A DNA stretch of 64,000 nt, taken from Candidatus Latescibacterota bacterium. GTDB taxonomy: Bacteria > Latescibacterota > UBA2968. Shown one piece after another: positions 1 to 9,503 of the stretch (the first letter of the stretch is position 1; every line of letters starts with the position of its first letter). Below the pieces are notes generated by a model. It saw only the letters and a list, made by a program, of their open reading frames with translations. It did not search any database and was not told where the DNA came from. The stretch lies in NCBI GenBank assembly GCA_965208125.1, contig OZ242320.1, positions 3,968,001-4,032,000 of the forward strand, read 5' to 3'. The position numbers and the translations under genes were made by a program.

Positions 1-535
1 AGCTTTCAATGGTGTCCATTCCGTCCAGATCGGGGAATAATTCCAGCGCCTGGGAAAGCGCGGCGACCAATACCCAGCGGTGATTCGGTGTGTGGAATCC
101 ACCTGCGATCATGCCGGGTACAGCCGTTTGAATAATTTCTCCGAGGACTTCGGCTATCTGTCCCGCGCCATTATCACCTGCTTTGCGAGCCGCGCGGACT
201 ACTGGTGCGAGTCCCTCGACCAGAAATCCCGTATCTGGCGACGAATCAAAATTGGTTGTTATCAGGTCAAAACATCCACTTTCTCTGCGAATTTTTCGCG
301 CAAAAGCCGCGCCAGCGAGAATACGCGTTAATATTTCTTCGCTTTGATAATATCGACTGCCCTCCAGAAGATAGGCATAGCCCAGGGTGGATATTGCGCT
401 CACATTGGTCGCACCGGCAATACCATCGCTGACAAACCCGCCGTAATCTTCTCGTCCTGCATCCATGACCTGACGGGGTAAAATGGCTTCTATCTGTTCA
501 TTCAGATTTTCCAATAGTGCTTCGTATTTTAGCAT
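1..535 (-). CDS. Conserved hypothetical protein, 5' part (runs off the window edge)
   Basis: Not in the ORF track. ATG at 535 opens a stop-free frame to position 1: MLKYEALLENL...NFDSSPDTGF...GGFHTPNHRWV... Confidence 0.75.
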   Translation of the reverse strand, partial: MLKYEALLENLNEQIEAILPRQVMDAGREDYGGFVSDGIAGATNVSAISTLGYAYLLEGSRYYQSEEILTRILAGAAFARKIRRESGCFDLITTNFDSSPDTGFLVEGLAPVVRAARKAGDNGAGQIAEVLGEIIQTAVPGMIAGGFHTPNHRWVLVAALSQALELFPDLDGMDTIES

Positions 536-640
536 GCGTAACCCCCATGAGTGAACGACCTCCAGCAAACTAAAGACCTACCCAATATATCTCCAATTTG
601 CCCGTACTTCAAGAGAACTCGTTTCCCACAGGGGCCTGAT

Positions 641-1285
641 TCAATGCAAGCTGAAACGGATCGGAATGGTCATGCGTACCGCAACGCCTCTGTCATTTTG
701 CATAGCTGGTTTGAACTGAAATTGCCTGATCGCCTCCAGAGTCGCAGCGCGAAAAATCTCGGGGCCTTTTAAGACTCGCGGTTCGGTCACACGCCCTTCT
801 CTGGTCACGATAAACGCCACAAGCACCTGACCTTGTAATCCCGCTCTGCGAGCCATCTCTGGATACACCGGATTTACGAACTTGATCAGCTCGGGTTTCT
901 GTTCCACAATCGAGAATTCCAAAATCTCTTCTTCTACTTCCCCATCGCCCTTCTGCAGCGGGGGTGGGATATCGACGACAGGTGCATCGAAATCCAGTTC
1001 TGTATCGGCAATGGTCACATCATCGGGTACGTCTTCGTCTTCTGTTTCAATGGGTACGGAGGGTCTTGGCAGAGGCGGCAATCGCTTCTTCTGATGTGTC
1101 TCGGGAATATCTTCAACCTTAAGGACCTCAATAACTTTTTTGGTCGTTTTAGAGTCGATCTTCATATCTGGAAACAAAATGGCCAATCCGACCATCAGAA
1201 ACAGCGTCAACGAAGTAGAACGTCTCATTACTTTTGGATAAATTGCTTTTAAATCGGCATCTACATGTTTTTTGCGAATCATCAT
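641..1285 (-). CDS. tonB: TonB-family energy transducer
   Basis: N-terminal TM helix, Pro-rich linker, C-terminal PVYPEMARRAGLQGQV...FKPA TonB_C motif; GGAGG RBS. Confidence 0.9.
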   Translation of the reverse strand: MMIRKKHVDADLKAIYPKVMRRSTSLTLFLMVGLAILFPDMKIDSKTTKKVIEVLKVEDIPETHQKKRLPPLPRPSVPIETEDEDVPDDVTIADTELDFDAPVVDIPPPLQKGDGEVEEEILEFSIVEQKPELIKFVNPVYPEMARRAGLQGQVLVAFIVTREGRVTEPRVLKGPEIFRAATLEAIRQFQFKPAMQNDRGVAVRMTIPIRFSLH

Positions 1286-1301
1286 TTCCTCCTTTTTGAG
1301 A

Positions 1302-1317
1302 TATTAAAAATTTAATA
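1302..1317. promoter_or_regulatory. Putative BlaI-type operator TATTAAA-AA-TTTAATA upstream of tonB
   Basis: 7-2-7 palindrome, identical to the site at 3777-3792. Confidence 0.7.
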
Positions 1318-1351
1318 GTTCGTCTTAAAAAAATATCTAACTCAACTTGAT

Positions 1352-3379
1352 CTATCCCCCCTTTCGCAGACCTTTAGGGCGAAATGTGTGAGCCAGCACA
1401 TCGAGTTGTCGCATCTGAAGCGCCTTTGTGCGGTTAGGTGCATAGATCCCCATGTTGATTAAAAAGAAACGATTCTGAGCGATATCAAAGAGTGCATAAC
1501 TCTTAAACGGTCCACCTTGCCACGCGCGTGTATTTTCCCACAGTCCTTCCAGGCAAACGGCCAATTTACCCAGAAACTCTGTCTGGTAAATATTCACCTC
1601 CCCAGACGATGTCTGATCGCCGCCATAAAAACGGCTCGATACGTCGTCCCACTTTTGCAAGCACCAATCTGGCGTCAATTGATCGGGATGTACACCATCT
1701 TCCCAATATACCCACAGCCACAATTGTCGTCGATCTACCTGACGCGCCAGTGCCACAAAGTTCTCATTTGCATACTCGTCCATCACTTCATAGCCTACCG
1801 GCACCCGCAGGTGCCAGCCAAATTGTCGTGATAGGGCTTCAGAATGCTCGGTATTTTCTCCCGCGTGATACAGAATGGTTTCGAGCCATTTCGACATAGA
1901 TGCATCAATCGCCGACACAATGCGGTCGCCATTGAGCGCGACTTGCTCAGCCACGCCTTGCTCATCTGTAGCTTTGACGACCACAACTATCTGATCAGAT
2001 GCCCACACATCGCGGTGAATTACTGTCTCATTTTTGGATCGCCCGGTAAATAGCGGCTGTAAGTCCTTCGCCAGAATACCATTTGCAGATGAAACAAGGA
2101 TCAAATTGCGGTAAGCCCGAAAATCCCGAAACGCTTCAGGAGAGACATATACGAGATCAAATACGTACTCGGGTTGTGGCGTCAATACCGGGTCTAACAG
2201 TAAATCTTTCAATACTGGTTTTAACTTTTCTCGGGTGGCTCTATCGGCCACAATCACAATTTTACTGGTTAGTCCAATGCCCCTGGGCAGCGGATTGCCG
2301 ATAAGTACATCTGCCAGCGGTTTGCTCCACCGGGCAATTTTTAGATGGGCCTCTGCTCGACCGGGTACGTCAATGAGAGGCCCAATTTTTACCGCAATGA
2401 CACAGGCAAATATAAATATCGCGAGCCAGATGGCACTGTGCGACAGCGATGGTCGGCGCTGACTGAGCAGATATTCAAAGCGCTTTACCAGATTCGGGTG
2501 GCGATTTATAATGCCCAGTCCTATTGGACGCACCCTGCCAATCATTTCTGTCAGGCGCGTCAGACAGATCGCATAATCACGTGCATTGTGACCGCGATGC
2601 GCGGCGTAATCATCGCAGGCCATTTCTCGCGTTAGTGACAGTTGCCGACTCAGCCACCAGATGCCCGGATTGCACCAGAAAAAAACTTCTACGAGGCGCT
2701 GCACCAGAATGCCCAGGGCATCTCTGCGTTGAACATGCGCGATTTCATGCTTGAGAATTTGCTCCAATTCAGGCGGTGACAGTTGCGATATGAGGTGTCG
2801 CGGTATGAGTACGACCTGGCGAGATATACCCAGTACTGCGGGGCTGGCAATAGCATCTGAAATTCGCAAACCAACATCCACTGAGCCAATCCATCTGCGT
2901 TTGCACCGCTCAAACTGAGTCTGAAGATCCTTTCCAGCCCACTTTCCAGATCGCTTCAACCGCATCATCTGATAATATCCCAGTGCTATGCGCCCGAGCA
3001 TTGCACTGGCAACGACCAGCCATAAAATCCAGACGACAATCGGCCAGGAAGATGTGCCGTGGCTCGACCGGGTTTTCACAGGCGTTGCAACTTGTGGTTG
3101 TAATGCCTCACCAGTAGGTCTGGTATCCAGAACTCTGGTTGGGGGAATCCTTGCGTCCGATTCATCTGCGGCCTCGTATGGTGCAGGTGTGACGAGAAAC
3201 AGAGGCATAATTACCACACCAATCACGGCGACCCACAACAGGCGGTGCAACAAAGACGCAGGCACGCGCAAACGCGAGAGCACTGCCACGATCATTGCAG
3301 CCAAAAATCCCATCCAGATCCCATTCAGCAGATAAAACACGCTGAGTCGGGCAATGGTATCAATCCATTCGCCCATCAT
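1352..3379 (-). CDS. BlaR1/MecR1-type M56 metallopeptidase fused to a DUF4837-like C-terminal domain
   Basis: TM helices, HEIAH zinc motif, FFWCNP and EMACD M56 motifs; C-terminal half has TPQPE, DVWA and GLWEN...GGPFKSY motifs resembling DUF4837. Confidence 0.8.
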   Translation of the reverse strand: MMGEWIDTIARLSVFYLLNGIWMGFLAAMIVAVLSRLRVPASLLHRLLWVAVIGVVIMPLFLVTPAPYEAADESDARIPPTRVLDTRPTGEALQPQVATPVKTRSSHGTSSWPIVVWILWLVVASAMLGRIALGYYQMMRLKRSGKWAGKDLQTQFERCKRRWIGSVDVGLRISDAIASPAVLGISRQVVLIPRHLISQLSPPELEQILKHEIAHVQRRDALGILVQRLVEVFFWCNPGIWWLSRQLSLTREMACDDYAAHRGHNARDYAICLTRLTEMIGRVRPIGLGIINRHPNLVKRFEYLLSQRRPSLSHSAIWLAIFIFACVIAVKIGPLIDVPGRAEAHLKIARWSKPLADVLIGNPLPRGIGLTSKIVIVADRATREKLKPVLKDLLLDPVLTPQPEYVFDLVYVSPEAFRDFRAYRNLILVSSANGILAKDLQPLFTGRSKNETVIHRDVWASDQIVVVVKATDEQGVAEQVALNGDRIVSAIDASMSKWLETILYHAGENTEHSEALSRQFGWHLRVPVGYEVMDEYANENFVALARQVDRRQLWLWVYWEDGVHPDQLTPDWCLQKWDDVSSRFYGGDQTSSGEVNIYQTEFLGKLAVCLEGLWENTRAWQGGPFKSYALFDIAQNRFFLINMGIYAPNRTKALQMRQLDVLAHTFRPKGLRKGG

Positions 3380-3765
3380 GTTTCATCCTCCTCTGCTTTC
3401 TGAATCATTTTGTGAATGCGGGCGAGGTCTTGTGCATCGAGTTCTTCATTTTCAATCAGATTGAGTACCAGGGTTTCTGGCGAATTGTCGAAAAAACGAC
3501 TCATCAGATATTGAATGGCGCTTCGTTGTGCATCCTCTCGCCCTACGATTGGATAATACACAAAAGCTCTGCCTTCTTTTTCATGCCGCAAATATCCTTT
3601 CTGTTCCAGAATGCGCAATATTGTTAATACTGTGCTATACGCCGGAGATTCACGTCCAGCGAGTGCGTTGACAACCTCGCTCACTGTAGCCGAGCCGCGA
3701 TCCCAAATCACCCGCATCAATCTCAGTTCGGCATCTGTCAGAGTAGGGGATCTTCGTCTGCCCAT
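3376..3765 (-). CDS. BlaI/MecI/CopY-family repressor
   Basis: LTDAELRLMRVIW...AYSTVLTILRILEQKGYL winged HTH; 4-nt overlap with the M56 gene. Confidence 0.95.
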   Translation of the reverse strand: MGRRRSPTLTDAELRLMRVIWDRGSATVSEVVNALAGRESPAYSTVLTILRILEQKGYLRHEKEGRAFVYYPIVGREDAQRSAIQYLMSRFFDNSPETLVLNLIENEELDAQDLARIHKMIQKAEEDET

Positions 3766-3776
3766 ATAGCCCTCAC

Positions 3777-3846
3777 TATTAAAAATTTAATACTTTCAAA
3801 ATAAATATGGAGAAAAAGAAAGTGAGTGTCAATTAAAAAATTAATA
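3777..3846. promoter_or_regulatory. Two putative autoregulatory operators (3777-3792 and 3831-3846)
   Basis: TATTAAAAATTTAATA and AATTAAAAAATTAATA directly upstream of the repressor gene. Confidence 0.7.
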
Positions 3847-3920
3847 GTTCAGGAAAAAAAGACAAACTGGTAGGGAGTAGGATGCCTTCGCATCCGGGTT
3901 TTCCAAACGGAGATACAGGA

Positions 3921-4901
3921 TCACTTGAACTTCAAGGGCTTGCCTTCGCGGGCGGATTGATAAACCGCTTCGAGGAGCGCTACTGTGCGGCGGCCTTCGC
4001 GTCCATCTACGGATAGGGGCGTTTCTGTGGTCACGGCATTTACCACGTCTTCGACTATGCTGTGGACGTTATTTTCTACGCTGTCGAGTTTTTCTTGAAG
4101 CCCTGTGCCGTAAACCGTCATTTCGCCATTTAGAACGTCGTGTAGCAAAATGCCGCCTTCTGTTCCGTGTACCTCGGCGCTGAAGTACACACTCTGAGGA
4201 AAGGTCGTGGTGCCCAGGATTGTGCCTTTTGCCCCGTTCTCGAAATTGAGGATTGCCAGCCCGATGTCTTCGGTCTCAATCTCGTGATTTACGATGTCGA
4301 TTTCGCCGTACACGGAAACAGGATCGCCCATAAACCAGCTCAATACGTCGAGCAGATGCGCGCCTTGATTGGCCAACGAGCCACCGCCGTCCATAGCCCA
4401 GGTTCCGCGCCAACCATCGTCGTGCAAAAAATAGTCCTCAGATCGAAACCACTTAAAACGCACTTCACCCAATATCATCTTGCCCAGCCAGCCTTCCCGA
4501 ATCGCGGTTGCTACTTTGACATTGCCATCCACGTATCGGCTTTGATAATCCACACCGCACAACACGCCGGCATCCTCACAAGCGGCAATGAGCCGATCAC
4601 ACGCTTCGGTGCTCACATCCATGGGTTTGGTGGTTATCACGTGCTTGCCCGCTTTTGCCGCTTCAATGCCCACCTGGGCATGTTTGCCGCTCGGCGTCAT
4701 CACCATCACGACATCCACATCATCTCGCGCAAACACATGTTCCATATTTATAACGCAGTCCGTCTCCAATTCCTGCGCCACTTCCTCAGCGAGATCGCCG
4801 TGCAGATCGCACACGACCTTCAAATCCGCACCGGCTGTTTCTTTTATCAATCGCGCCCTGTTGCGCCCCATGCCCAGGCCAATAACGCCAAATCCGACCA
4901 T
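3921..4901 (-). CDS. Gfo/Idh/MocA oxidoreductase
   Basis: GVIGLGMG Rossmann motif, TKPM, WRGTWAMDGGGSL. Confidence 0.9.
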   Translation of the reverse strand: MVGFGVIGLGMGRNRARLIKETAGADLKVVCDLHGDLAEEVAQELETDCVINMEHVFARDDVDVVMVMTPSGKHAQVGIEAAKAGKHVITTKPMDVSTEACDRLIAACEDAGVLCGVDYQSRYVDGNVKVATAIREGWLGKMILGEVRFKWFRSEDYFLHDDGWRGTWAMDGGGSLANQGAHLLDVLSWFMGDPVSVYGEIDIVNHEIETEDIGLAILNFENGAKGTILGTTTFPQSVYFSAEVHGTEGGILLHDVLNGEMTVYGTGLQEKLDSVENNVHSIVEDVVNAVTTETPLSVDGREGRRTVALLEAVYQSAREGKPLKFK

Positions 4902-4924
4902 ATTATCCTCCTATCGTCTATTCT

Positions 4925-5932
4925 TCATGCACAATCGGGATGGCCTTCCGCCCACCGCCCGAAGGGAACATCGGTCTGTCCATCCTGATTGATTTTCGAC
5001 ATCGCCTTTCGGGTGTCCAACCACATTTGGGTCCACACTTTTGCATCTCTCAATTCGCGCTCTGGATATTTGCGGCTGCGCGCGACAAAGCCCGGAAATG
5101 CCTCGCGTCCAGTCGTTTGACCGATGGGATTATAACGCAGATCAAAGCTCCAGCGGATTTTATCGCTCACATTGGGCAGCGATCCGTGTACTGTGCACTT
5201 GGGCAGAAAAATGACATCTCCCCGTTTGACCGGTAGCGGTATCATGCGTTCGGCTTCAAACAGTGATTCGGGTATTTGACGCCCGCCCGCTGTTTTGGGT
5301 CCATTCCCAAAATACGATGGACAGTGCGTCAAAAGTCCGTGTTTGTGGCTGCCGGGTACGACTTTTAGAGGACCTTGTTCAATATCGACGTCTTCGAGTG
5401 CAAACCACACGGTCAACATATTTGTCTCATCAGCTTCTGGTACAACCACGCCCTGATCCTGATGCCAGATCGTTTCTCCCAAAATCGGATTTCCAAACTG
5501 GTTTTTGGGCAAAATATGCTCGGGTGGTTTAATGCGCACATGTTGTACGGGATTCGAGTATATCTCTGGACCGATGAGCGATTCTATACAATCGAGCAGG
5601 GATTCAGCCGTGAAGGCATTGAGAACAGCCTGTCCCGCCCAGAATGGTGTGTCGGGTTTTACATTTTGAAATGGTAGCGAAAAATCGAAATACTGTTTGT
5701 GTACATCGCCCGTTTCAATACAGACTGCGACGAATCGCTCGGCAAAATCGAGGTCTTCGAACAAAGAAGAAATTTCTTCTTGTTCGTAAAGATCGCGCAC
5801 TAAGGTGTCCAGTACATCTGTATATTCTTCAATCACAGGATCCAACACGGTTTTTGGATCCAACACGCCCTCCACCACCAGATAGCCTTCTTCTTCAAAC
5901 TGTGCGGTCTGCTCGGCAGTTAGGCAACCCAT
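4925..5932 (-). CDS. Phytanoyl-CoA dioxygenase (PhyH) family Fe(II)/2OG enzyme
   Basis: WHQD...PGSH...VHGS...RWSFDLRY. Confidence 0.9.
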   Translation of the reverse strand: MGCLTAEQTAQFEEEGYLVVEGVLDPKTVLDPVIEEYTDVLDTLVRDLYEQEEISSLFEDLDFAERFVAVCIETGDVHKQYFDFSLPFQNVKPDTPFWAGQAVLNAFTAESLLDCIESLIGPEIYSNPVQHVRIKPPEHILPKNQFGNPILGETIWHQDQGVVVPEADETNMLTVWFALEDVDIEQGPLKVVPGSHKHGLLTHCPSYFGNGPKTAGGRQIPESLFEAERMIPLPVKRGDVIFLPKCTVHGSLPNVSDKIRWSFDLRYNPIGQTTGREAFPGFVARSRKYPERELRDAKVWTQMWLDTRKAMSKINQDGQTDVPFGRWAEGHPDCA

Positions 5933-5970
5933 GGTATTTCTCCTTTTTGTGGGACGTTTAACAGCTTTTG

Positions 5971-6903
5971 CTATAAATCAATTTCAGAGCCCCAGGCGCT
6001 ATTGTTCTGCTGCGAATTTTTCGGCAAAATCAGCGTTAGCGCATCGGGCATAATTTCGAATACCAGTTCTTTTGGGCCTTTCTCAACTTCGCCATCAAAT
6101 TGAAACCAATCGCTTTTTTCGCGCGTGATATGGACTTTTTGGGCTCGAAATATCTCGACGCCGGGCATTCGATCAAAAGTGCCATTAAAAAGTCGATAGG
6201 TATTCAACACCAGGCGAATCCACCCCGGATGTGTAAACACGCATACATCGAGAAGCCCATCATCTGGCATCGCTTGAGGGGCTACGGTTGCGCCGCCTCC
6301 AAAGTCCGGTATGTTGGCTATGGCAACGAACAAAGGCGTGCGCTCAATTTCACTGTCAGAATCCAATTTCAATCGCAATGTCTGAGGGCGATATGAGAGA
6401 AGCGACAGCGCGGTGAGCACCAGGTAGGGCAAGAATCCGCGGCGCCCCGTCCGGCTTGCATACCGATGGGCAACCTCTGCATCTAAGCCAATACCCGCCG
6501 TAGAAAAAAACAGGGCATTGCCCACGCGCCCCACGTCGAGTTTCCGAATCTCTGGATGGATAAAGGCGCGACAGGCTTGTGTCGGGTCGAAAGATAAATT
6601 CAACGCACGCGCAAACGCATTGCCCGATCCAGCGGGTATCACTCCCAGGGGTATCTCTGTAACGAGTAGCGCGCGTCCGACTTCGTTAATGGTGCCATCG
6701 CCGCCAATGGCTACCACCAGGTCGAATCCCATTTCGGATGCGCTTGCTGCCAATTCTGTGGCGTGCCCCGCGTACTGCGTCACTTCAAGGGCGAAATCCA
6801 TTCCCGCTTTTTCGCACGCGTCAATCACGCGAGATCGAATATTGCGTTGCACACCTGCGTGTGGATTCGCAATGAAGAGTACGCGGGAGAATCGCACACT
6901 CAT
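5971..6903 (-). CDS. Diacylglycerol kinase family lipid kinase (YegS-like)
   Basis: NPHAG, GGDGT, PAGSGNAFAR, DDGLLDV, QFDGE. Confidence 0.92.
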   Translation of the reverse strand: MSVRFSRVLFIANPHAGVQRNIRSRVIDACEKAGMDFALEVTQYAGHATELAASASEMGFDLVVAIGGDGTINEVGRALLVTEIPLGVIPAGSGNAFARALNLSFDPTQACRAFIHPEIRKLDVGRVGNALFFSTAGIGLDAEVAHRYASRTGRRGFLPYLVLTALSLLSYRPQTLRLKLDSDSEIERTPLFVAIANIPDFGGGATVAPQAMPDDGLLDVCVFTHPGWIRLVLNTYRLFNGTFDRMPGVEIFRAQKVHITREKSDWFQFDGEVEKGPKELVFEIMPDALTLILPKNSQQNNSAWGSEIDL

Positions 6904-7487
6904 GTATGTAAAAAATCGACCAGGGTCTGACCGATATCTCTCAAAATTTTTGGCGAAGGTTGTGATACATCAATTTGTTGCACGATTTCTTTGGGATAAT
7001 GTTCCAATACAGCAATTGTCTGGCGGTCGTACACATCGAATCTTTTGCGAATGATTTGTTCATTTGCGTCATCAATGCGGTATGCGACGAGCGCGCGTCC
7101 AAAGAGGCGTTTGATCAGTACATTGCGGTCTGGACAATCCAATACCATGATCAATTTTACATTTAAGTTCTCATCGGCCATTTGAGCCTGGGCCAGTGTG
7201 CGCGGTAGGCCATCTAAAATCAACGTCTGTTCATCGGGCTTGAAATCGCCAAAATCAGCCAGGCGCTGCATGCGTTCTCGCCACAGTGCAACGACAAATT
7301 CATCGGGCACCAGTTCGCCTTTGCGAATACTCGCCAGAGCCATTTCTCCGGGCTGGCTATTGACGTCCAATGCCCTGAGCATATCGCCACTTGAAAAATG
7401 GTATAAACCTGGTATTTGTTTTAACACACTTCCCCATGTGCCCTTGCCAGCACCGGGGGGTCCAAATAATAAGACAGTATCATACAT
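6900..7487 (-). CDS. Adenylate kinase-family nucleoside monophosphate kinase (short LID)
   Basis: GPPGAGKGT P-loop, SSGDMLR, LDGLPRT. Confidence 0.85.
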   Translation of the reverse strand: MYDTVLLFGPPGAGKGTWGSVLKQIPGLYHFSSGDMLRALDVNSQPGEMALASIRKGELVPDEFVVALWRERMQRLADFGDFKPDEQTLILDGLPRTLAQAQMADENLNVKLIMVLDCPDRNVLIKRLFGRALVAYRIDDANEQIIRKRFDVYDRQTIAVLEHYPKEIVQQIDVSQPSPKILRDIGQTLVDFLHT

Positions 7488-7541
7488 TGGTACAACTCCC
7501 GCGTTTGTTTTTTGACAGAATGGAAATGTGAATGTATTTTA

Positions 7542-7570
7542 GTAGGAGCGGGTTTGAAACCCGCTCCTAC
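7542..7570. repeat. GTAG-type REP-like palindrome
   Basis: GTAGGAGCGGGTT-TGA-AACCCGCTCCTAC, 13-bp perfect stem. Confidence 0.7.
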
Positions 7571-7598
7571 GGATCACCGAACCTTATAGGAGAACATC

Positions 7599-8219
7599 AT
7601 GAACCTCGATCCCGCTGCCGTCTCGCTGACAAAAAACGGCGATAAAATCGAAGCTCTTATCCATGGAAAGACCACGTTTGTCGATCGCCTTGCCCGCGCG
7701 TTTCCCCACAGCAATCCCGATCACTTTGTCAGCTTGATGGATGAATTGGGACACGAAATTGGCATTATTGAAAATCCCAAAAAACTCGACAATGCTTCGC
7801 GCAATTTGCTCGAAGCCGAACTTAAAGACATCTACTTTGTCCCGACCATCAGCGCCATAACTTCCGTCGTATCCAAAGGCACAGGCAGTCAGTGGACTGT
7901 TGATACCGACGATGGCGAATATACTTTCCGCATTATGGGCCGAGACGCGCTCAAGGGCAATGAACCGCCTGCGATTGAAATCACGGATGAAAATGGCAAG
8001 CGATACAAAATTGACAATTACTGGGATCTTGATGCGGAAAGTCGAGACCTGACCTCTGACCTGTTGCCCGATAAAGTTGTCAAGGCGCGCTATTACACCC
8101 GATCCCTCAGTTCGAGTAGTGGTAGAGGCAAAGGCAGAGGTTCGAGCAGTCGCGGTGGTAGTAGTAGTGGCGGTAGTGGCGGTAGTAGCGGCATGGGCGG
8201 ATCGATTGGCATACGGTGA
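7599..8219 (+). CDS. DUF1854-like protein with Gly/Ser-rich tail
   Basis: RAFPHSNPDHFVS...EIGII...YFVPTI...WTVDTDDG; AGGAG RBS. Confidence 0.7.
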   Translation: MNLDPAAVSLTKNGDKIEALIHGKTTFVDRLARAFPHSNPDHFVSLMDELGHEIGIIENPKKLDNASRNLLEAELKDIYFVPTISAITSVVSKGTGSQWTVDTDDGEYTFRIMGRDALKGNEPPAIEITDENGKRYKIDNYWDLDAESRDLTSDLLPDKVVKARYYTRSLSSSSGRGKGRGSSSRGGSSSGGSGGSSGMGGSIGIR

Positions 8220-8240
8220 TTCGCCGGGCATAGTGATCTG

Positions 8241-9410
8241 CTACCGCACCCCTAACAATAAGTCGGCCAGCAATTGATCCAGACGCTCATAGCCCAATCC
8301 AACGCGCCCCATTGCATCAATGTCAAACTGCACCTGTTTGAGTGCCAGCGATTTTTCCCGGCTGTATTTTCCCAGATGCTGTTCATATTCGGGGTTCTGG
8401 TTTCCTATTTCTTGCAAGATTCCCTGAATTTCGGCATCCGCTTCAAATTGTGCCGTTTTTTCTTTTAAGATATTGTATGTGCGCATACACCCTGCGGCAA
8501 AATCCCATACCCCGTCTTCGTCTTCTGTACGAAATGCGTGTGCGTCGAAGTGTCTCGGGCCCGCATAACCGTTGTTTTCGAGCAAGCGCACGAGCAAAAA
8601 GGCACTTTTGTAATCTTCTGAGCCAAACCGAAAATCCTGATCATACCGACCAAAACGCTGGTCGTTTAAGTCGATATGAAAGAGTTTGCCCGCTTCGAAT
8701 GCTTGCGCTACACCGTGGTGGAAATTTAACCCCGCCATGTGTTCGTGTGCAACTTCCGGGTTGACGCCTACCATCTCGGGATAATCCAGCGTTTCGATAA
8801 ATGCCAGATAATGTCCGGTTGTGGGAAAGTACATGTCGGCACGCGGTTCATTGGGCTTGGCTTCGAGGGCGAAATTCAAATCGTATTTCTGATCGCGCAC
8901 GTAATCGCACAGATAATTTAAGCCATCCCGATAGCGTTTGAGGGCATCGATGGGATCTTTAGCCACGTTGCATTCGGCACCTTCGCGCCCGCCCCAAAAC
9001 ACATAGGTTTTTGCACCCAATTCGACACCTAAATCAATGGCTTGCATAATTTTTTGCAAGCCATAAGCGCGAATTTTGGGATCGTTGGATGTAAAGCCTC
9101 CATCCTTAAATACGGGATGAGAAAATGTATTGGTGGTTGCCATGGGCACGACCATGCCGTAATCTTTTAGGGCGTTTTTGAAATCGCTTACGATTTTATC
9201 GCGCTGTTGCGGTGTGGCATCAATTGGCACGAGGTCGTTATCGTGCAGGTTAATGCCCCACGCGCCCAGTTCGCTCAAGCGTTGCACAATCCGCTCGGGC
9301 GCAAGTGGTTGGCGCGTTGGATCGCCAAAGGGATCGCGTCCGGGATTTCCCACTGTCCACAAACCAAATGAAAATTTATCTTCTTTTGTGGGGATATATG
9401 CATCGGCCAT
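8241..9410 (-). CDS. xylA: Xylose isomerase (class I)
   Basis: [45 protein letters not shown]. Confidence 0.97.
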   Translation of the reverse strand: MADAYIPTKEDKFSFGLWTVGNPGRDPFGDPTRQPLAPERIVQRLSELGAWGINLHDNDLVPIDATPQQRDKIVSDFKNALKDYGMVVPMATTNTFSHPVFKDGGFTSNDPKIRAYGLQKIMQAIDLGVELGAKTYVFWGGREGAECNVAKDPIDALKRYRDGLNYLCDYVRDQKYDLNFALEAKPNEPRADMYFPTTGHYLAFIETLDYPEMVGVNPEVAHEHMAGLNFHHGVAQAFEAGKLFHIDLNDQRFGRYDQDFRFGSEDYKSAFLLVRLLENNGYAGPRHFDAHAFRTEDEDGVWDFAAGCMRTYNILKEKTAQFEADAEIQGILQEIGNQNPEYEQHLGKYSREKSLALKQVQFDIDAMGRVGLGYERLDQLLADLLLGVR

Positions 9411-9503
9411 TGGACCTCCTCAAAATGCGAATTAAAAATTAAAAATGCCAATAAAGCGTTGCAACTTCCGCGTGCAAAATATCATGGTGAAGTCTGACTG
9501 TCA

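Noticed and set aside
7584-8231. 215-aa antisense ORF with a poly-Thr tract
   Set aside because: Mirror of the Gly/Ser tail of the plus-strand gene, which has the RBS and family motifs
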